Virus record (IMG/VR): IMGVR_UViG_3300017754_000556
Coordinates: 1 to 50,968 of that record
Direction: 5' to 3' (one strand)
Length of the DNA: 50,968 bases
Source of the DNA: a virus
Taxonomy: Duplodnaviria > Caudoviricetes
Part shown: in pieces, positions 28,165 to 41,700 of the stretch
Position numbering within the stretch: position 1 is the stretch's first letter
Layout of the letters: each line of letters begins with the position of its first letter
Program-made: the position numbers and the translations under genes
Notes under the pieces: model-generated
Database searches by the model: none
What the model saw: the letters and a program-made list of their open reading frames with translations, nothing else
What the model was told of the DNA's origin: nothing

Positions 28165-29745
28165 ATGAATCTGATACAAATTCAGGAACATCTTAAGGAT
28201 CTTCCTACTCAAGTGATCATGTCCTATGCAAATGGGCAGAATCCAGAGGTTCCTCCTTACATGGCTCTTGGTGAACTTAACCGCCGCAAAACATCAGAGC
28301 AGCGTAAAACAGAGCCGCCAACGCAATCTGTTAAAGAGAAGCTAGAATCTGAAATAGGTGGTCAAGGTATGCCCCAGGGAATGCCACAAGGCGCTCCGCA
28401 AGCTGCTCCACAAGGTATTGCTCAATTGCCAGCTGCTCAAGGCGCTCCACAAGGAATGCCTCCCGGCGCACCTCCACCGCCTCAAGGAATGCCTCCTGGA
28501 ATGGCCGCTGGTGGCGTAGCTGGTCTGCCTGTACGCGATGATATGTTTAACTATGCTCCCGGTGGTATTGTTGCTTTTGCAGGTGGCGGTGAACCCGGTG
28601 AAGAAACTGCTGGTGAAGATGAAGCTCGGGCCAATATGGATCAAAGCCAAGGACCTCCTTTAATAGGTCGAGGGATTCCATCTTTAGCACCTACTGGCGT
28701 TGACTTGCAATCACTAACCCCGGAAGCGGCGCTAAGATTACAAAAAATTCTTAGGGGAGAAAATCCTCCTCCCGTTGTACAAAGCAAAGAAGAAATACGC
28801 AAATCAATGGTTACTAAAGCTTTGGCTGAAGGTGATGTTGATAAAGCAAAAATGTTATCTCAAATTCCTGGAGAAGCATTAATTCCATTGATGGCTCAAC
28901 TTAAAGAACAAAATGAAGCCAGCAAAAAGCAGTTTGAAGAAAATCAAAAACGCCAAGGTTTGGGCGCTCTTGGCAACGCTTTGATTGCAGCCGGTGAAGC
29001 TACCCGTGGTCAAAAGGGTATTGGCGCAGCATTTGCCGGTTTTGGTAAATCTTATAGCGCATCTTCTGCTGAAGACATTAAGCGCCAACAAGCTCAACAA
29101 GCTGCTGTACGCGCTCAAACTATTGAGATGGCTACATTGCAAAGCAAGGTTGATGACTTGCGCTCTGCGTATGCTAATGGCACTGTTGATGATCAACAAG
29201 CAGCCCAAAAAGCTGCACAAGAGCAAGCCAAATACATGGAAGAAAGAGGAATGGGTGCTGCTAAAGATATTCTTACTCAAGCACTTAACATGAAACAAGC
29301 TAATGCTTTAGAAAGACATCAACGAGCCACGGAAGACCAATCTAAAGCACAACTTGAAGAGCTTAAACGCCAACATGAAGCTCAAAGAAAAAATTGGGCA
29401 GCAGAAGCATCTAATCGTGCAGAGCAATTGCAAATTGCAAGAGAGACTAGGCCGAGTATTGAAGACAAGGCTATAGGAAAAATACTGCAAACCATGCCTT
29501 CAAGGGTTAAGAGCTTAGAAAAAAGACAAGCAGATGTTGAGTTTGGCGGTGATGAATGGAATCAAATACAAGACACTATTGATAATATGTATGATCAGGC
29601 TTACCAAACCTATGGTTTAAAAGCTCCTCCAAGAATCCCTCGTCCTAAAGTTCCAGTGGTTCAAGAAAAGCCAGGATTCTTTAGCAGCTTGTTTGGTGGT
29701 TCTCCTGCTCCAAAGACTGTATCATTCGACCAGCTTCCAAAATAA
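28165..29745 (+). CDS. Probable internal virion/ejection protein
   Basis: QG(M/A)P repeats, MAAGG/YAPGG/FAGGG motifs and a long coiled coil. Confidence 0.6.
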   Translation: MNLIQIQEHLKDLPTQVIMSYANGQNPEVPPYMALGELNRRKTSEQRKTEPPTQSVKEKLESEIGGQGMPQGMPQGAPQAAPQGIAQLPAAQGAPQGMPPGAPPPPQGMPPGMAAGGVAGLPVRDDMFNYAPGGIVAFAGGGEPGEETAGEDEARANMDQSQGPPLIGRGIPSLAPTGVDLQSLTPEAALRLQKILRGENPPPVVQSKEEIRKSMVTKALAEGDVDKAKMLSQIPGEALIPLMAQLKEQNEASKKQFEENQKRQGLGALGNALIAAGEATRGQKGIGAAFAGFGKSYSASSAEDIKRQQAQQAAVRAQTIEMATLQSKVDDLRSAYANGTVDDQQAAQKAAQEQAKYMEERGMGAAKDILTQALNMKQANALERHQRATEDQSKAQLEELKRQHEAQRKNWAAEASNRAEQLQIARETRPSIEDKAIGKILQTMPSRVKSLEKRQADVEFGGDEWNQIQDTIDNMYDQAYQTYGLKAPPRIPRPKVPVVQEKPGFFSSLFGGSPAPKTVSFDQLPK

Positions 29746-29754
29746 GGGGTTGTC

Positions 29755-32700
29755 ATGGATGTATTGATGCCAGATGGCACAACTATAACTGGTGTGCCAG
29801 AGGGAATAACTCAATCAGATTTGCTTGCAAGATACGGCAAGTTTTCATCAAGCCAGCCGCAAGAGGCTGCACTTCCTGCTCAGCCACCAACTGGCTTAGC
29901 TTCTTTTGGCCCAGCAGTAATGCGTGGTGGGCGTGGGCTTGCTTCGTTAATGGGCGATGTCTTGCCGGCAATGGCAGGAAAAGCTGTAGGTGCCGATGAG
30001 TATGCCAAGAGGCAGATGCAGGAAGCTGCTGCATACGGCAAAGAAACAGAGAAGCTATATCCTTCTGCTGTTCCTTCTTACACCAACATTAAAGATGCTG
30101 GTAGCGCGTTAACTTATATTGTTGAAGCAGTTGGTGAAGCTGTACCTTCCTTGCTACCTAGCTTGTTTACCGGCGGCGTAGCAGCAGTTGCTGGACGAGG
30201 CGCAGTAGCAGCAGCCAGGGTTGCAGCAGAAAAAGCCGCAGCTACCAGTATTGCTGAAGGCGTAACCGCTGAAGCGGCCAAAGAAATTGCTATGAAGGCA
30301 GGTCTTAATGCCGCAAAACGTGAAGCATTAAAGTATGAAGTGGGCGGAGCATTGATTGGCTCAGCTGCTCAGAACGTACCTGACGTATACCAAGGGCTGT
30401 ACGAAAAAGGCTATGACAACATTCCCGCTGCTTTAATTTTTGGTGGATTTAATGCTGCACTAGATGCGGTTTTACCCATTAACTTGCTTCGTACATCTAA
30501 GTTGTCCGGCATCCCTGAGAACGAAATTATTGGTGCTTGGTACAAACGAGCAGGCAAAGGCGCAATTGAAGGCATGGTTTCTGAGGGCGCTACTGAGTCT
30601 ATTCAGGAAATGTCTAGTGCAGCAGCTGAAAAGTTTGTTGACAGCAACAACGAGTTTTTTACGCCACAAAACTTTGAGCGGTTTATCAATGCCGGCCTCA
30701 AAGGCGGTCTTGGCGGTGCTGGTATATCCGCAGCTACCAATGTGGCATTTGGCCGCAAAGAAGCTCCTCCAGAAACCCCTCCAGCCCCTCCTACTCCGGC
30801 TGGTATTGCGGGATTAACGCCACAAGCGCCAACTCCAGAAGAGCAAGGCATACCTACGCTTGTACCTCCCGCTCCGCCTGTTGTTCAGCCTATTGTTGAA
30901 CCTGTTGTACAAGAAGGACAAGCGCAAGACATAGAAGCCATGATGCGGGAGATAGAAGGATCTCAGTCTGAAACAACATTACCACCTGTTAATGTTATAG
31001 AACCTATTGTTGTTCAACCTCAAGGAGTGCCTAGTGCCACTGAAACCCCTGAAACCCAGCAAGCAGCGCCGCAAGAACAACAAGCGCCCGCAGCCTTTGT
31101 AACCTGGGACACAATTCAGCCCGGACAAGATGTAACTCTTTATCGCGGTGAGAATAAAGATAACCTCAAAGAAGGTGAATGGTGGACAACAGATAAAGCC
31201 AAAGCGGAAAAATTTGGTGAAGTAACAGAAGTAACTTTACCTGCTGATATAGTTGGAAAGCATTCTGTTCAGGGTCATGGCGGGCCTGATGAGTTTGTAT
31301 TCCCCACTCCAGGAAGCCGCCCAACTGATTTGGTTCAGAAGCCTGCTGAAGTAACTACGCCTCCTGCAATTACGGGAGGTCCATCTACGCCTAAAGGGCC
31401 GGTTGCTCCAGTAGAAAAACCTACAGAAGTTGCACCTACTCCTAAGCCTACTATTGAAACTACAACAGAAGAAAAGCCTGTTGTAACTCCAGAAGAGGTT
31501 GCGGCAGTTGAACCTAAAGGGCAAGTAACATTCACTACCTCTAAGGGTAGTGAATACACTATTGATGAAGAAAGTAAAACTTCAAGAACTAAAAAATCTG
31601 AAGGCAAAGGGCAAGGAGAAACTTATCCTCCCCATACAGTTTTGTATGTTAACCCCGGTGACCATACTGATATTTTGAGTGATATGCAAGGCGGAATGGG
31701 TGATAACTCCGTGCGCCTAGGATATGTTGCAAATAATAAATTTACACCTGTCCAAGCAATTGCAGAAATTCCTGAAGGTGCAAAACCAACTGTTATTGTT
31801 ATTAATAAAAAGAATAACCAAATTGTTGGTCAATATAACGCTTTAACAGAACCACAAATTGGTTTGCACCCAGTTGAAAAACGTTACGAAACAGATGGGA
31901 CGGCAAGCACCCACATTGGTAATGACATTGTAGAAATTAAAGGCAAAGAAGCAAAGATTGAAAATGTAGAAAAGCCAGTTGAAGGCAAGCCAGGGGGTAA
32001 GCCTGAAGTTACAGGCGGTCCCTCTGCGCCTGCTGGTGGTCCTGCTGCACCCACCGGCAAACCTGCTGCACCAGAAGGTGAAACAACAGGTGGCCCATCC
32101 ACTCCAGCAGGCGGTGCGCCAAAGCCTCCAAAAGTAAAGCTTACCGAAGAGGAAAAGGCAAAGGCAGAGGAAGAGAAAACCAAAGCCGAAGAAGAGAAGA
32201 AAAAAGCCGCAGAAGAAAAAGCTAAAGCTGAAGAGCAAAAGAAAAAGCTTGAAGAATTTAACAAGCAGCCTATGAAGGTTGCTATGGAAGAAGGCAACGC
32301 CGACGCTGTTGCATCTCTCCTGTATGGCAATGCTGTATCGGCGGACCTACTGCCAGTCATCTTCCCTGAAGAGGGATTGCTGCGCATACCCGTGGACATG
32401 GATAAAGTGTCAGACATTGAGGCCGCGCTAACTAAGTATGGCTTTAGGATTACTGATCGTTCTGTTCCCGCTACTACGGATGATCCGTCTTACAAAGGCC
32501 CAGAGCGCATAACTATCTCTGCGTTATACAAGCCAGAGAAGGTAAGTATCCAGGGCGGTGGCGCTGAATTTGGCGGCAATCGCAAAGGCAAAGTTACTGC
32601 GCCAAGAATACCCAAGGACGCTACAGATAGCCAGATATCAAAGATGTTGGCTGAAGTAAGCATAGACAAATTGCTTGACATCAATTCAAACGTAGAAAAC

Positions 32701-35700
32701 TCGTTTGGGTCAATGATGTACAAGGAAGGCATCGTAAGTTACGTTTTGCCCGCCTCTGACTATTTACTCAAGGCACTCAAAAACGTTTCTGGTCTTTACA
32801 TCTCAGAAAAAACAGGTAGCCGTCAAGCCATCAAGATTGCTTTGTCAAAAGGTAAAGAAGATGAAGTACAAAGACTCTTGCAGAGTTATGTTGAAGCTTT
32901 GCAAGGCTTGCAAAAAGTATTTGACGGTCACTCCCGCGTAGCTGAACTAGACCTTGCTCTAAGGGATAAATACCTTAAAGATGAAAATGCTGCAAGAGGA
33001 TCTGATAAGTACACGCAAGATGGACTTGGCTTGCGCGAAACGCTTAAAGCTAATAATTTACAAGTAATTTTTGCCAAGATGTATCAGTTGTTTTCTTCTG
33101 ATGAAAACTCAACTGACCAGACAAACCGGGTTGTTAAGAAAGAATCTGAGGTACCACCAGAGCTTGGCAACATTGTTCGCCGGGGTATGCGCGATCACCG
33201 CCAAGGCCGTGACGTTGATGTACAGGACTTTGTAAACACGTTTGGTCTTTTCCCAGGCGGTGTTGACTTTGGCAATTGGGTTAACCAGTCGGAGCGTGCT
33301 GCTCACTTAAATGCTATTTACGATGCCATGTATGACTTGGCTGATTTGTCTGGCATATCTCCAAAGATGCTTGGTCTTGGCGAAAAGCTCAAGATGGCAA
33401 TTGGAGCGCAAGGCCGAGGCGGTAAGACGGCAGCGCATTACATCCCCAGTCTAAATGAGATCAACCTTACAAAGACTAAAGGTGATGGCTCACTAGGACA
33501 TGAGTGGCATCACGGCCTAGACCATAACTTGCGTATGACGGAGAATGGTAGGAAGTTGATGGACGACACTGTATCTATGCTTACCGGCATGATAGGTGTT
33601 GATAGAGTAGAAGATAACCTGCGGAGTATTTTGCGCAATGTTTCTAACAGCGTAGAAAACCGCAACATGCCACCAAAGAAAGCTTTCTTTGAGGCAATTA
33701 GCAGCCCAGCATATTATCGACAAGCGCCAATCTACAATGACTCAACCAAGACAACTCAGTTTTGGTACAACTCGCGCAAGCTTGATACTGAAGAAAACAG
33801 AAGCCCTTACTACTGGAGTTCTCCTACAGAGATGTTATCTCGTGGGTTTGAGTCCATGTTGTTTGATGCATCAAAAGGCGGAACTCCATACCTAGTTGGC
33901 CCAACAACGGCTGATGGATACATATCTCCAAAAAATGGATATGGTGGAACGCCTTATCCAATCGGCGATGAGCGTCCTATGCTTAATGAAATATTTAAGC
34001 AGATGCTTTCGCAAATTGACCCAGACACTCTTAAGGTAAAGACCTATAAGGTGGAGGCTAAGCTTGTCTATGTTGAAGACTTGGGTTATGCGGTAATTGA
34101 TCAACACAATTTAAGCTCAAGAACTGATGGTGATTTAACTTGGTTCAAAGACCAAAAAGAAGCAGAAGAAGCTAAAAATCAGCTTGATGGAAAAGAAAGA
34201 GTCTTGACGCCAAAAGCTATGCAGTTGGGCAAAGTTAATGAGCGGATCATTAGCATGGCTAAACGTGTAGATGCCATCATGGAAGAGATGGGCCTGTTCA
34301 AGTGGCCGGAGATAAAGAACGGCTCAATGGCTGAGTCTATGTTCTATCACATGCGCCAAGGATGGTGGCCGAAGAGCAACCGTGACTTGGCTGAGTACGG
34401 CGTTAAAGCGTATCTCCAGACCCCGGAACTGCTTGGCTTTGACCCAACCAAAGATAAAAAAGAAATAGACGCATACAAGATTGCAGACTTTGAGGGTGAT
34501 AGGGTCAAGCTCAAGCAGACCCAGGAAGACTTTGAAGCTGCTGCTGTGCGCTACGTTAGCCAAGTCATTACTGATATGCGGGCGCAAGGCTCTGATACAA
34601 AGGCTATCTATGACTACATCGTTGGCTTGTATCAAACCCAACCTACGCTAGACGTTCAATCTGTCTTAAGCAAAACAAACAACGCCTACTCTACGCCGCT
34701 GCCTATTGCTTTCTTGGCTGGTGCGTTGGCTCGTGTTAAGTCAACTACGACTGTTTTTGACCCAACAGGTGGCAATGGAATGCTGGTAGTAGCAGCCAAT
34801 CCGCAAAATGTAACAACGATAGAGTTAGACCCTCACCGCGCTAACAATATGGAGCTAATGCAAATTGGCAACGTAATTGAAGGTGATGCGCTAGATGAGA
34901 TTAAGAACCTGAGAGATCAGGAAGTAGATGTTGTCTTAGCAAACCCTCCGTTTGGTGCTTTGTCATCTCCTCAAAATGTCCCATCTTGGGATGGACGAGA
35001 CTACAAAATTGGTACGCTGGACCAATTGATTGCGGCTAGGTCTTTGCGTACTATGGCTAACAATGGCCGTGCCGTATTGATACTTGGAGCGCACCCTAAG
35101 CCAGGAACAATAACATCTACAGACCGGGTGTTCTTAAATTGGCTCTATGGAAACTACAACGTAGCTGACCATTTTGAAATTGCTGGGAATTTATATCGTA
35201 AACAAGGTGCGTCTTGGCCGTTGCGCGTCTTGGTTATTGCCGGTAGGAACCAAACGGAAAACGCTTATCCCAATGACTTTGTTGTTAACAGGATAACTAC
35301 ATTTGATGAACTTTGGAGTAGATATGTTCAAGCCAGTAATCGTAGCGAAGAAGTCTTGGTGGGTACCGGAAAGAAACAGCCAATTACTGGCGGTGCAAAT
35401 AAACCTGCCGGAGGAATACCAGCAGGCGGTACGCTGGAAAATGGAGAGCCTAGCGGAGAAATTCGGACTGGAGAGGGCGTTGGCGTCGGCGAACCAGTAT
35501 CTGCGGGAGGACGGGGGGCTGGAACTCCCGACGCCGGAGGACGAGGAACAACTGGTGCAGTTCGTCCTGGAGAACAACAGCCGGATACTGGAGATGGTGA
35601 ACGAGGGGGACCCGGCGATATCGAAGCCGGCGGAGCCGAAGTCAGCGCTGATAGCAGTGGAGGACCAGAGCCTGAATTGGGAGGACTTTCTGACCTAGAC

Positions 35701-38700
35701 CTAGATGATATTTTTAATAACTTAGGCAAGCCAGAAAAACCAAAGGGTGGTCCACGCGCACCTTCCGGACCAAGCACACCCAAGGGCGAACCAAGAGCGC
35801 CACGCGGCCCATCAGTAAAAGGCCCAGCAGCTATTCCAAAAGAGTTGGAAGGGCTAGGGCTTGAGGATTTGTTGGGAGAGTTGGATGAAGCCTTGAATGG
35901 TAAAGCTCCAGAAAAGAAAGCTCCTAAAGAAGAGAAAGCTACAAAGGTAAGCGAGAAGCAAACCAAGATTCAAGAGGCTAAGCAAATTGCCTCCCAATTG
36001 AATATGCAAGGCTACTTGGATTTGATGAACCTTGAGTACATCAGAAACCAACAAGTAAAAGAGGCAATGGGCCGTATAGCCCAAAACGCAAAGAATACCA
36101 GTGATGATCCAGCTAGTGGGCTTTACTCAAGAAAGGGTGATCAGGACTATGCCAATATAGAGCCGATCATTCAAAAAGTATGGACTGCTCTTGGTGAAAA
36201 GATTAGCGATTTAACTCAACGCATTAAACAAGTTTATAACTTGTTGGTAAGTAAGTTTGGCGATGCTATTAAAGGTCACTTGCGCACGTTTATTGATAAC
36301 TTGCGTAGTGAAGTTAAAAGACGGCCTAAAAATCAGACACCGGTTCAATCTGAGCCTATTGATACTGAGTCGCGGGTTGTGTACCTTGGTAAGTCAAGGT
36401 TCTCCAGCGATGGCATCTACTTGCCTCGCGCTCAATCACAGTACGCTTATTCGGCTCTTGAGAAACTAGAAGCACAGGTAGGTGACATTGATGAGTTTGT
36501 AGCCAAAGAGTTAGGCTATGCCTCCGTTGAGAAGATGGCTAAAGGGTTGGCTGGCTATCAGATAGATGGACTAGCTTTAGCTATCCAAGCCAACAAACTT
36601 GGCAAGGGTTTTATCATTGGTGATGACACTGGTGTGGGTAAAGGTCGTGCAGCAGCCGCCATGATTGTCTGGGCAAAGAAGAACGGCAAGATCCCAATCT
36701 TTGTTACCGTTGGTAAAGACTTGTACTCTTCAATGTACGAGGACTTAAACAACATTGGGCATGGAGATATTAATATTGGCATGACCAATACTGACTCCAT
36801 AATCCAAAAAGACATTGGCAACGGTAAAACAAAAACTGTTTTTCAGAACGAAGGTAAGGATGGTGCAAACCTTATTTCTTACATTGCCAAAAATGGCGCA
36901 CTGCCAAAAGGCATGGATGCTTTGTTTACGGCCTACTCTCAGCTTAACGGTGGAGAAGGTTCTCCGGCTAGGCAAAACGCAATAGCCTCTTTAGTTGCTG
37001 CCGGTAAAGCTGTTTTGATTATGGATGAAGCCCATAACGCAGCTGGCGTTCCAACTAACCCAGAGTCTATGGGGCAGAACGCATTCTTCATGTCTTTGCT
37101 TACAGGTAAAAACTTGTTGGGTAAAGATAAAGATGCTCCAGAAGACTGGAAGCCACCATCAGCCGTGTATTTGTCTGCAACTTTTGCAAAGCGCCCAGAC
37201 AACATGCCTTTGTATATTCATACCAATTTAAGGTATGCAGCCAATACCCCAGAAGAGTTAACTCTTTTGTTTGGTAAGGGTGTTAAGACTGACGTACTAC
37301 AACAAGTGTCTTCCGAGATGCTGGTTGAGTCTGGCTCTATGTTGCGCCGCGAGAGATCGTATGAAGGCGTAACAATGGAATTTGTAACAGACATTGATAA
37401 CGCTCCACGCGACATTAGAGAGGTTGATAAAGTTACTGAAATCTTAAGAACACTGGTAAACGCAGATCGTGTTCTTAAAGAGTGGACAAAATCACCTGAA
37501 ATACAAAAATCACTTGTTGAGAATCTTGGCCCTAAAGGTTCAATGCTTGGTAAGCAGGGTCCAGATGCATTTACTCAAGCCAAAGGAAATGGCTTTACTT
37601 CTGTAGTCCACAACTACATTGGAACACTCTTGTTGTCTGCTAAAACTCAGACAGCAGTGGACATGGTTGTTGACAAAATGAACAACGGAGAAAAAGTTGT
37701 TATTGGCTTGCAGAACACAAATGGCAGTGCGTTAGAAGATTATGTCCAAAAGAATGGCATAAAACCAGGGGATGAAATACCTAACTTTGGCTGGCAAACT
37801 CTTATCCAACGTGCTATTGACTCAACAAGAAAAATTACGTTGAAGTCTGCTACTGGAAATAAAAAAGATGATGTCAAAGTAGAGATTCCCTACTCAATGA
37901 TGCCTCAGTTTGTCAAAGATGGTTATGACAACTTGGCAAAAATGATTAAAGACTTTCAGTCTGATTTGCCTGTTGCTCCAATTGACTACATGAGAGCAGA
38001 GCTTCAGAGTAAGTATGTCTGGACCATTGATGGAAAGACTCAGGTTGGGGATACACCTCCACCAGGAGTTAAAGCTAGGCACTTGGTAGTTAAAGAAGTA
38101 ACGGGAAGAAGCACTGGCGTAGATTACAGCGGTGATGTTCCTAAGTACATGGCGCTAGATAAGCCGGAGCGTGTATCCATCATTTCTTCTTTCCAGAACG
38201 GAGAAGACTCACAAAACGGGCCAATTGATGTATTGGTCATTAACTCTGCTGGAGCGACTGGTATATCCTTGCACGCCTCTGTTGAGGCATTTGACCAGCG
38301 TCCTCGCCACATGATTGTTCTCCAGCCACATGGAGACATCAGCGTATTTACTCAGCTTCTTGGCCGTATACACAGGACGGGCCAGGTTGAGTGGCCGTCA
38401 TTCACCATGTTGGCTACCGGCATCCCGGCAGAACGACGTATCTTGGCTATGCTCCGTAAGAAGCTGTCAAGCTTGAAGTCCAATACTTCAGGAGGATCTA
38501 GCAGCACCAAAGTTGAGGGTGTTGACTTTATCAATAGGTATGGTGACGTTGCTACCTCTGAGTACCTTAATGAGCATCCAGAGATTGCTGTATTTTTAGG
38601 CACGACTCAATACGTTAATCCAGAAGAGGCCGCAGGAACAGAGTTGGCGCACAAAGCTTCTGGAACGGCTGGTCTGTTGGCTTCCGTAGATCAGCAGGAG

Positions 38701-41700
38701 TTCTTTGACTCTATTGAATCTAGTTACTTGGCTGCAATTGAGTTGCGTAATGCCACAGGTACTAACGCCCTTGAGCGTCGCGTTCTTCCGCTTAACGCTG
38801 AAATGATCAAAGAGAACCTCATTGAGGAAGGCTTGGATAACTCCAACCCATTCTTGACTGATGTGGTTATGGCTCAGTTCAATGTGGATGTTATTGGCTC
38901 AATCCCAAGCAAGCAAAACATCCAGGATGATATTGCCCAAGCATTAAACGGACGTACTCCACAACAGGTTGTAGATGAGATTGATACTGACCTCAATACG
39001 GCTTTTGTAGAGGTAAGGAACCAAATCATCTTGAAGCAACAAGCTTTGTCTGAAGCTATTGCAAAACCTGAAGCTACTGAAAAAGATAAAACAGAATTTA
39101 CAAGACAAAAAGAAGCATTGGACATACAGTTTGCTACTCTTGGTGAACGTAGGACCAAAACGCTTGATGCTTTAAGAAATTTGTTTGCAATTGGCAATGG
39201 CTTTGAGATATTTGAAATTAACAATGTTCCGGCCAGCGCAGTTGTTATTGGCGTTAAGGTAGACAAGACCAGGATTGGTAAGTCAAAGACTGGTAACCCA
39301 TACTCGCCATCTAACTTCCAAGTTATATTGAAGCGCAACATTCCAGACGGAAGGGTTGCTCCTTCATTGGCTACTTTGGAAGGTAAAAGCATTAATCGTA
39401 GCGAACCAACTCGCCGCTATTCGCTGGATGATTGGTTTGCTCTTCGGTCAGTAACTGGTGGGCGTACTAGCCGTTACATTGCTCTTGGAAACATCTTAAG
39501 AGCAGCGCAACTGTTTGACGAAAATGGCGGTGAGGTTGCTAAGTTCACCATGCAGGGACAACTAGAGGCTGTCTCTGGCGTTGTCATGCCGGCTAAATAT
39601 AAACCTGTAGCCATTAGTTCGCAGCCGATTAGATTGCGTAGCCCTAATTCTGCGGTGCAATATGTTTTGGCTGCATGGAACCAGATGCTGCAAACCAAGT
39701 ATGACAAGACCCAAGTAGAGTCATACAAAGAAGTAATTGATAAGTTGCAGCCCCTTATGCTTCCGGGGTTGCCTGACTTTGCTCCGTTTGGAGAAGCCCA
39801 AAAGAATGCCTATGAGATTAATGTTGCTTATGGTGCGGATAGAAATTGGGTTCTTATATTAGATTCTTACAGGCCAACTAACTTTAAGCTGACCATCTCT
39901 GGTGATGCGCCAAAGAAATTTGTTACAGCGCCTGAGTTAAAAACTCTAGTTCCTAGCATGGCTAAGAAGCGGGGTGGCAACTATGAGATGGAAGGCGGAC
40001 GTTACATAACGGACCCAGACAAGTTAATCGCTCTCGTTAAGTTCCTGCATAAGAGCTATCCGGCTACTGTAGAGGCTGATGCTGCCCCACTTGCTCGTGA
40101 GGTTATGAATGTTGAGTTTAAGGACAGCGAATCCAAAAAGGGCATGTTGTCTCGTGGAGTTGCTAAGGGCGGGCAAACTGTTGCAGCTGTCCAGTCCCAG
40201 ATTGTTCCTATAGAAGGTATCACTGTTAAGGTTGTGCAGTCTTCTGATGGGCTTCCTGATACGGCTGCACCTTCTGATGTTGAGGGTGCTTGGTACTCCG
40301 GCAATACTGTTTATCTTGTAGCCGATAACTTGCCTAACGCCCAACGTGTGCAGGAAGTACTGGCGCATGAGGCAATTGGTCATGCCGCGCTGGAAGCCAT
40401 GCTTGGGCCAGAGATGATGAAGGAGTTGGTCAAGAACGTCCAGGCTCTTGAGAAGACCTCTAACATTGTTAAGAATATTGCTGCCCAAGTAGACCGCACA
40501 CAACCCGGCCTATCTGCTGAGCGCCGTGCTAAAGAGGTCGTAGCCATGATGGCTGAGCGCGGGCTTCAGAACGGCCTAATCAAGCGCATAGTCCAGGCTG
40601 TGCGTAGTTGGCTCAGAAAAGCCGGCTTCACTATCCAGTTCTCTGACGGCGATGTTTTGGCGCTGCTAAGAAACGCCGAGAAGTATGTTGGCGGTAGGTT
40701 CAATGTAAAAGGAGAGGGGCTCTACTCTGTAAATTACAGGGGCGCTCCTGCAACCTTGGCTACATGGCAAGCTGCGGACGAGCTAAAGCTGACAGACACT
40801 TTCATCCAAAAGTACGTTGACAAGAACATTGATACCAAGCGTGTCATTGAAGCCATTAAAAATGCAGAAGGCAACATCCGGGATGCTTGGAACCCCTACC
40901 TTAAGGAAGAGTTGTTTCACGGCAGGACTGCTAAGCAGACCATAGATTTCCTGAAGAATGATTTACGTCCTTTGCTAGAGGACATGGACAAGCGTGGTGT
41001 TAAGTTAGAAGACTTTAACAACTACCTGCATAACCGCCATGCCAAGGTTCGCAATGAAGTTATTGCTGAGCGTGACCCTACCAAGCCAGACGGTGGATCA
41101 GGACTCTTTAACTCTGAAGTAGATGAGTACATGGCGGCTCTGGATAAGACTCCAGAGATTAAAAAAGCATATGAAGAGCTTGCAACTAAGATTGATAGCA
41201 TAGTTGAGGAAACCCAAAACCTATTGGTGTCTTCTGGCTTGGAAAAGCAAGGCACCATTAATAACTGGCGCGAGACTTTCCCCTTCTATGTTCCTCTTAA
41301 CCGCGAGGAAGATGAACTTGACTTTGTCAATGCAAGCAGCGGCATGGGTCAAGGCTTTGCTGTTAGCGGGCCATTCTCCAAGGCGGCTATAGGCTCATTT
41401 AAGACTGTTAAAGACATTATTGGAAGCATTGCCCTCCAGCGTGAGCGTGCCATTGTGCGGGCCGAGAAGGCGCGTGTTGGGCGGGCGCTGTATGCCTTGG
41501 CTATACAGAACCCTAATCCAACCTTCTGGATGCCAGTTAACCCTGATGCCATCAAGAATAAAGCAAAGCTTATTCAAGAAATGGTTGACATGGGCATGTC
41601 TCCTGCTGATGCTGAAAGCATTATCCAAGAGCCAAAGGTCGGTAGGATTGATGAAAAAACTGGGTTAGTTAAGTACCAAGTAATTCCATCATTGCGAAAT

